This document shows positions 24,385 to 35,993 of a stretch of 35,993 nucleotides of DNA, piece after piece (the stretch's first letter is position 1; every line of letters begins with the position of its first letter). Position numbers and translations under genes: made by a program. The notes under the pieces were generated by a model. It saw nothing but the letters and a program-made list of their open reading frames with translations, had not been told where the DNA came from and did not search any database. Source of the DNA: Octopus sinensis (Eukaryota); contig NW_021828048.1 of assembly GCF_006345805.1 (NCBI RefSeq), positions 1-35,993 of the forward strand. The letters are read 5' to 3'.

Positions 24385-24763
24385 GGAAGCACTCCGTCGG
24401 TTACGACGACGAGGGTTCCGGTTGATCCGATCAACGGAACAGCCTACTCGTGAAATTAACGTGTAAGTGGCTGAGCACTCCACAGACACGTGCACCCTTA
24501 ACGTAGTTCTCGGGGATATTCAGCGTGACCCAGAGAGTGACAACGCCGGCCCCTTGAAATACAGGTACAACAGAAACAAGAAGTAAGAGTGAGAGAAAGT
24601 TGTGGTGAAAGAGTACAGCAGGGATCACCACCATCCCTGCCGGAGCCTCGTGGAGCTTTAGGTGTTTTCGCTCAATAAACACTCACAACGCCCGGTCTGG
24701 GAATCAAACCGCGATCCTACGACCGCAAGTCCGCTGCCCTAACCACTGGGCCATTGCGCCTCC
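24385..24763 (-). mobile_element. SINE family C, full length with a perfect 11-bp TSD
   Basis: TGTTTACATAT at 24374-24384 and 24764-24774. tRNA-like head ggaggcgcaatggcccagtggttagggcagcggac...ggtttgattccc on the minus strand. Confidence 0.92.
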
Positions 24764-25316
24764 TGTTTACATATAAAAATTTAAAGAATTAACAGCAGCA
24801 TGTCCGTTACAAATAAATATTTTTTTAAACAAATTCTATTATGAAATAATGTTATATTCTAATTATATAATTAATAATTAGATTATATAATTAATAATTA
24901 GATTTTTTCATAAGTGATTTTTTTAATTTTAATATATTTCTAATAAGTACATTATTTAATACATGGAGAAAATTTTTTTTTAAATTTATATGAAATCAAA
25001 GAAAATCATAACTATTTTATTTGTAGACGGGCTTAATATTTGTAGACGGGGTTTTCTCCAAATTATAACTGGATTAACTCTTTTATTAGAGTTCAAATAA
25101 TAATATTTATGACTTAAAAAAGACAAAAATATTTTGGCTTCTTAAAATCATCCTATTCTTTTGTCACTGATAGACAAACAACAGTTTTCGCATCAAATAT
25201 TCTTTGACAATGTTTTCACCATAGCCTTAGAAAGACAGGTTTTCACAATAATCTTTAAAAAACTGGGAAAAAATTACAAAGCATACTGCTACAGAGGTTC
25301 GAGCCTCAAATTAAGC

Positions 25317-25466
25317 GTCGGTTCGGCAAAATGGACCGATAGAATACGAACCAGGCTTTTAAAAAAAATGAAAAAGACGCACTGGGGTCGATTCATTCGA
25401 GAGAGAAAAAAATTCTCAAGGCGATGCTGCAGCATGGCCGCAGTCTCATGACTGTAACAATAAAAG
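25317..25466 (+). mobile_element. SINE family B, decayed 3' part
   Basis: ggttcggcaaaatggaccgatagaata...aaggcgatgctgcagcatggccgcagtc. Confidence 0.65.
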
Positions 25467-25830
25467 ATAATAGATAATAGACAATACAGATAGATTGCTG
25501 AATAGAAAAAAAAGACACTAACAGACAATCAGACAAACAGATAATTGTAAATACATAAATATCTGAGTACATGTTTTATATCAAAATATATTAAACAAAC
25601 AGTCCAATTCAATTAGATTCATTGTTTACTTGTTTACCATTGTTCAATATAGACAACAGCATCAAACGATAAATACCGACTTTTGTTTTAACTAATAATA
25701 TTTCATGGTTTTAATAAGATTTATTTCTATTGCTACAGTTTTACACTTAGCTCCATGGCTGTATGCCTGTCTCGCCAAGCCGAATATTTTGCGGTTTCCT
25801 GGACGTTGTTGTCGTTGTTGTTCTGTTAAT

Positions 25831-26815
25831 GCTCGTGGCTTACTGGTTACGGTATTAGGTTAATTAAAGGCGGCGTGCTGGCAGAAACGTTAGCACGCCG
25901 GGCGAAATGCGTGGCCGTATTTCGTCTGCCGTTACGTTCTGAGTTCAAATTCCTCCGAGGTCGACTTTGCCTTTCATCCTTTCGGGGTCGATAAATCAAG
26001 TACCAGTTATGCACTGGGGTCCATGTAAATTTTGATGAAAATTTTCAAAAAACTTTCCAAAATATTGATGAAAATTTTCAAAAAACCTTAAAAAAATTTT
26101 GATGAAGAGCTAGTAGAAACGTTAGCACGCCGGGCGAAATGCTTAGTGGTATTTCGTCTGCGGTTACGTTCTGAGTTCAAATTCCGCCGAGGTCGACTTT
26201 GCCTGTTATTCTTTCGGTTAAGTACCGGTTACGCACTGGGGTCGATGTAATCGACTTAATCCCTTTGTCTGTCCTTGTTTGCCCCCTCTGTGTTTAGCCC
26301 CTTGTGGCTAGTAAAGAAATAGGTATTAGGTTAATTAAAGACGGCGAGCTGGCAGAACCGTTAGCACGCCGGGCGAAATGCGTATTCGTTTTTCGTCTGC
26401 CGTTACGTTCTGAGTTCAAATTCCTCCGAGGTCGACTTTGCCTTTCATCCTTTTGGGGTCGATAAATTAAGTACCGATTACGCACTGGGGTCCATGTAAT
26501 CGACTTAATCCGTTTGTCTCTCCTTGTTTGTCCCCTCTGTGTTTAGCCCCTTGTGGGTAGTAAAGAAATAGGTATTAGGTTAATTATCGTAATCAGGTCG
26601 TGTGTTTTCGATTCTCGACGGCAACTCGTGTCCTTGAGTAGGATTCTTTATTTCATGTTGCTTCAGTCAACTCAGCTGGCGAAAATAAGTTGTACATGCA
26701 ATTCAGAGGTTTGGCTTTGTTACGTTAAGTATCACGCTGAATCTGCCCCTGGAGCGCTTTGAGGTACGAGTGTCAATGGGATACTCAACCACTTACAAGC
26801 AAATGTCATGAGTAA
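25831..26815 (+). mobile_element. Old host SINE (D-like head and body, C-like tail) interrupted by SINE A copies
   Basis: Joining 25831-25866 to 26587 onward restores gctcgtggcttactggttacggtattaggttaattatcgtaatc..tttcgattc..gtgtccttgag..tttcatgttgcttcagtcaactcagctggc..tcacgctgaatc. Confidence 0.6.
25869..26576 (+). mobile_element. Three tandem SINE family A copies (25869-26027 partial, 26106-26327, 26340-26576)
   Basis: Each matches 923-1159. The motif ggtattaggttaatta occurs at 25851, 26322 and 26571. An AT-rich short tandem insert lies at 26028-26105. Confidence 0.9.
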
Positions 26816-26883
26816 GGGCCAGTTGTTGATGGTGTTGTTGCTGTTGTTGTTGTTTTACAGCAGAGTAGACATCTGATATTTAT

Positions 26884-26951
<68 letters not shown>

Positions 26952-27069
26952 CATATATTCCTCAGAATTATACACACAAGATTAAAATATATATATTTAC
27001 AGGTATAGAAGCATATGCAAAAGTATATCTATATATATACCCATGTGGGCCAGTAGATTCAACACTTTT

Positions 27070-27225
27070 TTTTCATTATTTATTTACTCTTATTTCTTTC
27101 TGTCGAAGAGCGTAGGCTCGAAATGTAAAAGACTTTTCCTTTTTTTCCCGAGCGTCAAACTAATACACCTGCTTGTTGTCCCTACACCTGTTTCCATCTT
27201 TGTTTTTCTATGAATTTTAACTATA
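27070..27225 (+). mobile_element. Probable Penelope-like element pseudo-LTR remnant
   Basis: Carries a CTG..GAA..CGAAA motif with a GAGC/GCTC hairpin, of the type found in Penelope pLTRs, and ends in a (TA) run. Confidence 0.5.
27095..27132 (+). ncRNA. Minimal type I hammerhead-like ribozyme motif (variant core)
   Basis: UCUUU-CUGUCGA-A-GAGC[GUAG]GCUC-GAAA-U-GUA/AAAGA. Stem I UCUUU:AAAGA, stem II GAGC:GCUC, stem III reduced. Deviates from the canonical core at A6>U, one extra A, and C15.2>U. Confidence 0.45.
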
Positions 27226-27519
27226 TATATGATGTGTGTGGTTATGCCTGTGTATCTGGAAATATAGAAACATATATGATTGCTTCAATATATACACATT
27301 CAAACACGTGAGTAAATAACGACTGAAGCGGAGGTCTTTGCACAGAAGTGTTTGTTACGTACAACAATGAGTATGCACATCAGGTGTGAATGTATATTTG
27401 TTTGTGTTGTGTGTGTCTGTGTGTTTGTGTGTCTGTCTGTGCATGCGTGTGTCGATATACACATAAACACATAGTCACACACATACACACATGTACATAT
27501 ACATAAGCACAACCATGCA

Positions 27520-27685
27520 TGCATGCACATGTATTATATATATATGCGTATATATACATTTATATATATATATATATATATATGCATATAAGTATATCTA
27601 TATATATAAATACATATACACATACATTCATTCATACATACATACATATATATAAATCTCTGAGCGAGGTGGCAAATATACTTCA

Positions 27686-27720
<35 letters not shown>

Positions 27721-28504
27721 CATATATATATACACATATATATATATGTATAGATACATATAAATATATATATATACACATATATATATGTATATATATA
27801 TATACATATATATATATCTATGTATGTATGTATGTATATATGTATGTATACACATGTGTGCTAAATCGCACAACCGTCCATTAAAACATCATTTTATGTT
27901 CCAGAAAACTCTTCATATACTTTCCTCTCAACGAAATAGCAACCATAACACAAACAACAACAAGACTACCAACATCACCACAAAACAAACGCGAAAACAA
28001 ACCCCACCCACCCCGTCATTGAAGGGTTTATTACTTACTCCACTATATATTTTATTTTTCTATGTTTTGTCTCTTTATTGTTGGGATTTTTTTTTTGTTT
28101 TACTTATATATTGGTTCATTGTTGCAATTTTCTATATTGGCTTTTTATGTGGGTAAAGGAGGGGAAGGGGGGAAGGGGTTGGGGTAACCATATTGTAATT
28201 CTGCAATTTTCCTCCTTAATTTTTTTTCTTCCGTTACATAAATATCAGATTTGTTGCAGGGAATAAAATCGTATGCATGTGTATCTTTGTGCATATGTGT
28301 ATCCGTGCGGGTGCCTCTGTGTGTGTGTGTGTGTGTGTGGTGTGTGTATGTGTGCGTGTTTGTATGTGTATGTGTGTGTGTGTGTGTGTGTGTGTTTTGT
28401 ACAGAGGGATAGGAAGATAGAGAAACCGATATACAAATATGTATAACACATATGTATACCCACATATATATATATATATGTATATACATATATATATATG
28501 CATG

Positions 28505-28560
<56 letters not shown>

Positions 28561-28778
28561 ATATTATATATATATATATATATATATACATGCACACTTC
28601 TAAACATATAAATATGTGTACGCGTATAAATGCATATGTTGCATATGTGTTTGCGTGCGTGCGTGCGTGCGTGCGTGTGTGTGTGTGTGTGCGAGTGAGT
28701 GTGTTCGCGGCGCGTGTGTAAATGCCCGAGTTATTTATGTATATATATCTATCTATATATATATATATATATATGTAT

Positions 28779-28812
<34 letters not shown>

Positions 28813-29480
28813 TGTATGTATATATACATATATATATATGTATATATATATATATGTGTATATATATATATATACATAATTATATGTATATATATAAATA
28901 CTTGGAAGATTTTGTAAAATTATTTATATATAAAGTAGGGGAAAAAAGTCATTGAACAGCAGTATATAAAAAAACGACAAAAAGCAGCAGAGCTACACTG
29001 GGGCAAGATGGTTCGTTTTATATACAAATTGTGTAAGAGATTAAACAATTTGTTTAGAGGAACCTAGCATTTTCACTTTATATATATACGGACCTATTCA
29101 AAAATATATATATATATATCTGTGTGTGCGTAGTTACGTTCGTACTTGTGTATATGCATCTATGCACACACTGATATGTGCACATACACATGCACAAATA
29201 TACATATATATATATATATAATATATATATATATATATACTATATATATAATATAATATATATATATATGTATTATATATATATATGTATATATATATAT
29301 GTATTATATATATATATGTATATATATATATATGTATCTATATATACATATATATATATGTATTATATATATGTGTATATATATATATACATAATTATAT
29401 GTATATATATAAATACTTGGAAGATTTTGTAAAACTATTTCTAGTAGTATATATATATATATATATATATATATACAAAT
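27520..29480. repeat. Interspersed (TA)n/(TG)n/(TGCG)n microsatellite blocks
   Basis: Read directly; includes a duplicated block at about 28760-28925 and 29275-29440. Confidence 0.85.
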
Positions 29481-30459
29481 GTTTATATATGTTTGTTTGT
29501 ATATTTAGTTCTATCCTATTACTAGAAATAGTTTTTTTCCAAAATCTTCGAAGAATTTCTATGGAAACTCCACCTTTTCCCTCTTTTTATTTCTTTAAGT
29601 CGCCTTACACCCTCACCACCAAAAGACATGGAAATGCCTTTTGACGTTTTTACGATACATCATCTTTCTATTGTAATTGTTCCCAATAAATTCTTGCTAC
29701 ACCTTACAGGTGCAACACCGGCTTTTTCCTCTAACACTGACGATCCCGGATCTCTTTTACTCCGCAGTAATTTCCCAGCAGACCCTTGAAATTCTCACGC
29801 GGACACAAGATACTTTTACTTCGCGGCTCTATTCCGCAGGACCTTACATGCTGGATTTTAGATAATCTTGTATAAGCGATATTAACGTACAGGACCTGTA
29901 GTTAATTTCTTTATTTAAGCAAATTTACCATTTGTGTAATTTCAAAATGGCAACACCTTTGTTAGAAGAATCAGCAATTGAAATGACCTTCAAGTCGAAG
30001 GTTCCGGAAAATCGATGTTGTGTTCAACATTTCATTCTATGGTTTGTTGTTATACTTTCGTTGTATGTGTTTCTGATTAGTTCCAGGTCAAAGATTAAAA
30101 CTAAGATAGAGTAGAATTCCCAGTGAACCTTGTGGTCTAGAACCAATTTTTCAGGATCTAGGCTTCGACACGGAACCCGCCTCACCGCATGCTGCAGCTT
30201 CCTTCTACCATAAATCTCTGACCACAACATTCTGCAAAAACAGAAACGGAACACAATTCTACGTTAGCAAAAGTAACTCTGATCATCGTCTTTGTAACTT
30301 TGTCCTTTGCATAAACTTGGCACTGTCTTATGAGCATATGTAAAATGCACGAGTCCTGCTGACTTCTGCTCTCAGGGTCAGAGCTGAATAACAGCCACAC
30401 GGTTTCATATCACAGTTGCGGTCGAGTGAACTCATACTGCGCATGTATCTAAGATATAC

Positions 30460-31373
30460 TACGTAGTTTGATCGATAAGTACCCGAACTGTTGCCATAGT
30501 AACGAAGCTAAAGCACGTAATGGGAAGCCGCTAGGCACAGATTTACCTTAATCTTTGCTGTGCATGTGCACTAAGTTTTAACGTCCTAGCTCGCTTCCGA
30601 TGTTTACAGCTTCGTTTTGAAAGGAGCGTGTGTAGCGTGTGATCGTCGCATTGACCATGACAGAGAATGTTGAGCAGAGAATCTGCATCAAATTTTGCCA
30701 AAAGCTTGGCGATACCTGTTTAGAGGACTACGCAGAGTTTTCAAAAAGTTAACATTGTTCTCAACCAAACCAAGATCTTGTGCAACTGAAACCTGAATGA
30801 CTTTCGGTCAGCTGAAAGCAGTTTTGGCACAAACTTTCCAGACAGGGGTCTCATGCCAAAATCTTCAGTGATGGTGGACTGAACTGAACACAACCTAATC
30901 CGCACATTCTCTGATAACTCACGAATGGTGTTTCGACGATTTTCCTGCATAGCTGCACGCACATCTGCAATGTTTTTCTGTTCTGCTGTTCTCCAAGAAC
31001 GTTCGTCAATATTGGAATTCTTTAGGCCATCTTGGAAACGTCTGAACAACTCGTATGCTTGTGTACGGTTCATACACTCCTCTCAATACACTTTCTGCAA
31101 CTATGCAAAGGCCTCTGAGCAGGTATCACCATGGCAACTTTCCTTGTCATGGTCAATGCGACCATCACACGCTACACTCCTTCTTTCTAAGCACTGCAAT
31201 AAACAGCAGAAGTGAGCTAGGACGTTAGAATTGAGTGGGCATGCACAGCAGAGTTCAAGTTCAATCCTTGCCAAGCGGCTTTACTCTGCGTGCATTAGCT
31301 TCGTTACTATAGCAACATACGCTAATTAAGTGCCAGTTGAGATCTGGAATCGATGTATTGATCAGACATCGTA
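30460..31373. mobile_element. Mariner-derived fold-back element made of two inward-facing 5' ends
   Basis: Ends tacgtagtttgatcgata and (reverse complement) tacgatgtctgatcaata, with TA at both termini. The plus arm from ATG 30657 reads MTENVEQRICIKFCQKLGDT. The minus arm has its ATG at 31150 and reads MNRTQAYELFRRFQDG...DERS...RRNTIRELSE...EDFGMRPLSGKFVPKLLS (cf. mariner WVPHEL linker). No DDD catalytic domain. Confidence 0.88.
30741..31073 (-). pseudogene. Mariner transposase N-terminal DNA-binding fragment
   Basis: The ORF-track protein matches the mariner HTH region and the KFVPKLL linker, then is truncated. Confidence 0.8.
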
Positions 31374-31689
31374 CTTGGCTTCGTATCAGTTGTAATCTTA
31401 TCTTTAAATCTTACACTTGGCATATTTTGTTGTGGTCACACCCAACAGCATCCTATATGTGGCTTCGAAAGATAAATGCCGCATCTTCACAGTAGAGGCC
31501 AGACCACATAACGTGTTATTTTATTTAGGATTTGTCTCACATTTACAATTCTAACAATTCAACTCCATCGTATATTTATATTCCTTTGGTTGTATCCAAA
31601 AACACTTGGCCAGTACCTTTATTCTAGAAAGAATTGCCGCAAGATGTCGCATACTTCTTGGTATGTGTATTCATATTTGCTTCAAATTT

Positions 31690-32190
31690 GCGCATAAGGC
31701 AAGAAATATCGAAGTGGGTGAGGATAAGTCGATTAGATCGACGCCAAATCCCAACTGGCCCTAATCATCGACACTGAAATTATAACTTCGGCGGAATTTG
31801 AACTCGGGTCGACTATGATTTCATCCTTCAGGGGTCGACAAAATAAGTGACAGTTGAGTACTGGGGTCGATGTAATTGATTTAACTTCTCCCCTGAAATT
31901 GTTGGCTTTGTACCAAAATATGTAATCAATATTAATGTACATTAATGAGTCGATGAGCCGGCGGAATTGTCACCGTGCCGGAGAACATGTTGGGCGACAT
32001 TTTGTACCGTCTTTGCGCTCTGAGGTAAAAATTCCGCCGCGGTCGATTTTGCCATTCATATTTTCAGCGTCGATAAAATAAGTACGAGTTCAGCATGGAG
32101 GTCGATGTAATCGATTTAATCTCACCACCACCACCACCACCACCACCACCACAAAATTGTGGGCCTTGTGTAAAAATCGGAAGACTATAT
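31690..32190. mobile_element. Cluster of old SINE A fragments: minus 31690-31805, plus 31808-31925, plus 31955-32190 with a (CCA)n expansion
   Basis: cggcggaatttgaactc (reverse orientation) is immediately followed by gtcgactatgatttcatccttcaggggtcgac (forward). The third copy has the gggccttgtg tail. Confidence 0.6.
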
Positions 32191-32210
32191 AATGATCAAA
32201 ATTACTGATT

Positions 32211-32587
32211 AGGCGCAGAAGTGGCTGTGTGATAAGTAGCGTGCTAACCAACCACATGGTTCCGGGTTCAGTCCCACTGCGTGGCATCTTGGGCAAGTGT
32301 CTTCTGCTATAGCCCCGGGCTGACCAATGCCTTGTGAGTGGATTTGGTAGACGGAAACATGTATGCATGTGTGTGTTTGTGTGTCTGTGTTTGTCCCCCT
32401 AGCATTGCTTGACAACCGATGCTGGTGTGTTTTCGGCCCCATCACTTAGCGGTTCGGTAAAAGAGACCGATAGAATAAGTACTGGGCTTACAAAGAATAA
32501 GTCCCGGGGTCGACTTGCTCGACTAAAGGCGGTGCTCCAGCATGGCCGCAGTCAAATGACTGAAACAAGTAAAAGAGTAAAAGAGTA
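32211..32587 (+). mobile_element. SINE family B, full length
   Basis: tRNA-like head ggcgcagaagtggctgtgtgataag..gggttcagtccc, internal TG-rich segment, (AAAGAGT)-type tail repeat. Confidence 0.9.
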
Positions 32588-33859
32588 AACAGAATAAAAA
32601 CGCTACTCATTTCTAAAAATATTTTCAAGAAATGATTTTGTAATAGATACAGAGACCTGTTCTACATCAAACTATATGTTTACAATAGTGGTTATCATCA
32701 TTACTGAATCATTAGACTCATTTATACTGGTGTAATTAATATACATTTTATGTTGGTAACAAAATTATCTTATGGTCTTTAAAAGTAGCGTATGGCATAT
32801 GACATAAATTGTGATAAAGCTTCAACTTTATTGTCAATTTTTAGGCAGATAGCTATTTCTAAATTAATGCCAGGATGAGCACTAAATTTGGAGCTGAGTA
32901 TAATGATGACAAAGTGTCTATAGTATATGCGACTGTTAGTTTTGTATGTATTGTTGCTTTTGTCTGTACAAACATGGATGCATAAATAAATGTATAAATT
33001 TGTTATCTTTCAATTTTGTTAAATGCAAAACAGAGATAGAAATAACGGGAGTGTTAGCGTACAGGAAATACTGAGAGATAAGGTAGATTACAGAAAGAGG
33101 AAACGAGAGGCACACATATAGTGAGAGAAAAGCAAACAAATTTATCAATACAGAGAGAAGCGTGATTTAAACGAAAAAAGAAAAAAGATGGCGTAGGTGA
33201 AATTTGGAATTTACGATATTAATTGAAAAGTTTATGAAATAAATACGACATTTAAACAACACTAAATCCAAATAATTCAGCTATTTTAGTAAGAAGTGAA
33301 TATATTTAAAATCTAATTCCATATTGGTTCTAATGTATTCTGAAATTGTGTGGAATCTCATTTATAACCTTTTACATTGGCACCAGGGATGGCTTTGTGG
33401 TTAAGAACTTCGCTGACAATCTTTGTGGGAAAGGTTATTTCTGTTCGCACCATGAGCTACCTTTCACAAATGTATTCTGCCACAGCAAAAGGTTGACTAG
33501 CATCTTGTGAGTGGGGAGGATGACAAGCATATATATATCAGTAAAAATCTAATATGTGACAATTATTCGGTAGCCAAGATAAAACTCTGAGTTTCGGATG
33601 CCGTGGTGGAAATCCACAACACCATCCCTTCAGGTATCCGGCCATGGGAAAAACACTAAGTTCTATGTATTGCAGTGACTTGTAAAATGACTATTCTGAA
33701 AGAAGCATTTCTTTAAAATTTTATTTTTGGTTATTTCTTCCTTAAGTTATTTAGTAATCAATCAAAAGATTTGTTTTGTTTTGTTTCGTTTTTAGAATGT
33801 GGAAAGCAAAATATAAATTTAGTTCAACTAAACATTAGATATGGACAACGGGCAAAGGC

Positions 33860-34200
33860 TTCTACCAAACTCAAAGTATTTGGAACAACCTGCTATCACA
33901 GAATATTGGACTGACCATCGAAAACGAGCCTGTACTTGAAGAATTAGGAACAAAAAAGGATATTTGTTGACAAATGTCAAAAAGACAAAACTCAAGTATT
34001 TTGATCACGTTGTCAGGGCCCCAAAGGATCAAAGGATCATATCTTAGAGAGAAGGATCAATGAGAAAGGAGAATGGGGTGGGGCCTGAGAAGATGCGACT
34101 TGGATAACGTCAAAGAATACACCATAATTCCTCTGACTTATTGCCCAGCATTTGCCAAAGCCAAGAATCGATGGAGAGAGAAGATGCATGCATCCATGAT
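33860..34200 (+). mobile_element. Decayed 3' fragment of an RTE-clade LINE
   Basis: Across frames: WTDHRK, VLEELG, KLKYFDHVVR (L.YFGHV.R) and LDNVKE...NRWRE, which are RTE post-RT motifs. Confidence 0.65.
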
Positions 34201-34239
34201 CCCGAAATTCCAACAATGAGAAAGGGAAAATGCAAAGGT

Positions 34240-34295
34240 GTATAAACATACACACGCACACACAAATACACACACACATTTATGTTATATACATA

Positions 34296-34366
<71 letters not shown>

Positions 34367-34489
34367 GTACATTATACACACACACAATATATATGTATAT
34401 ATATGTATATATACCTATATATATACCTATATATATATATATATATTATATACGTATATATATGTATATATACCTATATATATATATAT

Positions 34490-34524
<35 letters not shown>

Positions 34525-35246
34525 CACACAGATGTATATATATATATATATATAACGAAGGAAGAGAAAGGAGAGAATGAGGGACAGAGAGAGAGAGAGA
34601 GGAAGGAGAGAGAAATAGAGAGTTGGCCGATAGCTTACTGAATAGGTCAATAAATGATTAGACATGGATGATGTAATCAACATCACCATTGTCGTCGTCG
34701 TCGTCATCGTCATCACCATCATCGCCAGCCTCGTCCTCAGCTCCACGGCCTTCTCTACAGCGCCGCCGTCACACCGCTAACGCTAACGCTGTGATCGTCA
34801 AGTCAGCATTTGTACATTAACTGAAGCAAGAGGAAATCTTCTGACATGTGTATTCAGAGTGATTTACAGTGAATCGTATCTACCTACATTAAGTGAGCCG
34901 AGTGTATTTGTATGTAATTCTGGATGTATGCATAAATTGTGTATATACAGCTGCTTACTATGCACATGCGCATTCGCTTGGAGACGAACGGATTACAACT
35001 ACACACAATATATACACACTTGCACTAACACAAACACACCAGCGCTCTTAAGCACAAATACACACACACGTACATCCTTACATACATAAATACATGCATA
35101 CATACATATATATACATATATATATTGATAATATATATATATATATAATATAATATATATATATTATTATATATATATATAATGCATGTATGTGTGTATA
35201 TACGAGTGCGGTATATGAATATCTTGTATAATATATACCTATTATA

Positions 35247-35283
<37 letters not shown>

Positions 35284-35320
35284 GTGTGTGTGTGATACTA
35301 TATATATATGTGTGTGTATG

Positions 35321-35396
<76 letters not shown>

Positions 35397-35520
35397 AAAC
35401 AGTATGGAAATGGATGTGTTTATATTAATATATATGTGTGTGTTGATGTATGTAAATAAATATATAAATGTGTGTGCGTGTGTGTGTTGTTGTGTGTTTG
35501 TATGTATATATATATATTTT
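34240..35520. repeat. (CA)n/(TA)n/(GA)n/(CGT-CAT)n/(TG)n microsatellite blocks
   Basis: Read directly. Confidence 0.85.
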
Positions 35521-35993
35521 TTCAATTCTATAGAAAAAGGGGAGATATGCGAAGGAAAAAGCAGGCTTATTAATTTTTACGCTCAGGAAGAATGGTAAAA
35601 TCTTTTACGTTTCGAGCTTATCCCCTTCGATATAAAGGATTAAGAGGGGAAAAAACACAGAGATTCAACGTCCTCAGGTCTTCCCTGCTGCTACTGGTTG
35701 TCTTCCCTGCAGCCATTGCAAGTCTTCCTGACAGCTCATGCCGGCCTGAGAGAGACTTTAAAGACCATTAACGATGCTCCTTCCTTAATAAACTATATCT
35801 ACTTGTTCGGTTAATTGTGAATAATTAAATTGTAACAGGTGAATTGAGACGGTAATATTCGAAGAAAGGATAGAAACAATTGCAAATATTAAAAAGATAT
35901 TACCTAGAAAAAATATCACAGAAGCGATATACACAAACTCACACGCAAATACACAAGTATATATGTGTGTATATATATATATTTACTTATTAA

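Noticed and set aside
24690-24763. tRNA gene-like sequence (also the heads at 8750-8823, 16820 and 32211)
   Set aside because: The A/B boxes are followed by SINE bodies and lack a proper acceptor stem, so these are SINE heads rather than tRNA genes.
23460-25300. Very AT-rich stretch suggestive of a mitochondrial insertion (NUMT)
   Set aside because: I found no recognisable mitochondrial protein, rRNA or tRNA motif, and much of it is explained by the fold-back element and a SINE.
25851-26586. CRISPR-like repeat-spacer pattern (ggtattaggttaatta x3)
   Set aside because: The spacers are homologous SINE copies, the context is eukaryotic, and there are no cas genes.
29930-30420. Several 60-76-aa ORFs on both strands in unique sequence
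   Set aside because: I recognise no family motif in any frame. A possible exon at 30155-30262 has only a weak donor site.
35680-35780. CSHC motif suggestive of an RTE C-terminal zinc finger
   Set aside because: It is too short and frame-disrupted to support a call.

Overview
A very AT-rich, microsatellite-saturated eukaryotic window. The repeat families look like octopus/cephalopod ones; this is my recognition, not a database result. No host protein-coding gene can be supported, and almost all long ORFs in the track are simple-repeat artefacts. The window contains: (i) at least four tRNA-derived SINE families, which I label A-D because I cannot map them securely to the published octopus OK/OR1/OR2 names; (ii) decayed LINEs of several clades: R4/Dong-like REL elements that sit in (AAT)n tracts, Tx1/L1-like, CR1-like and RTE-like; (iii) a Penelope-type remnant with a minimal hammerhead-like motif; (iv) three long fold-back elements, one built from two inward-facing mariner 5' ends. 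The strongest leads are a head-to-tail array of three different Dong-like lineages inside one (AAT)n locus, a non-coding candidate partner element also flanked by (AAT)n, a 3' tail shared between SINE family A and the Tx1-like LINE, the hammerhead-like motif, and the double-left-end mariner. Identities given as approximate are by-eye estimates.
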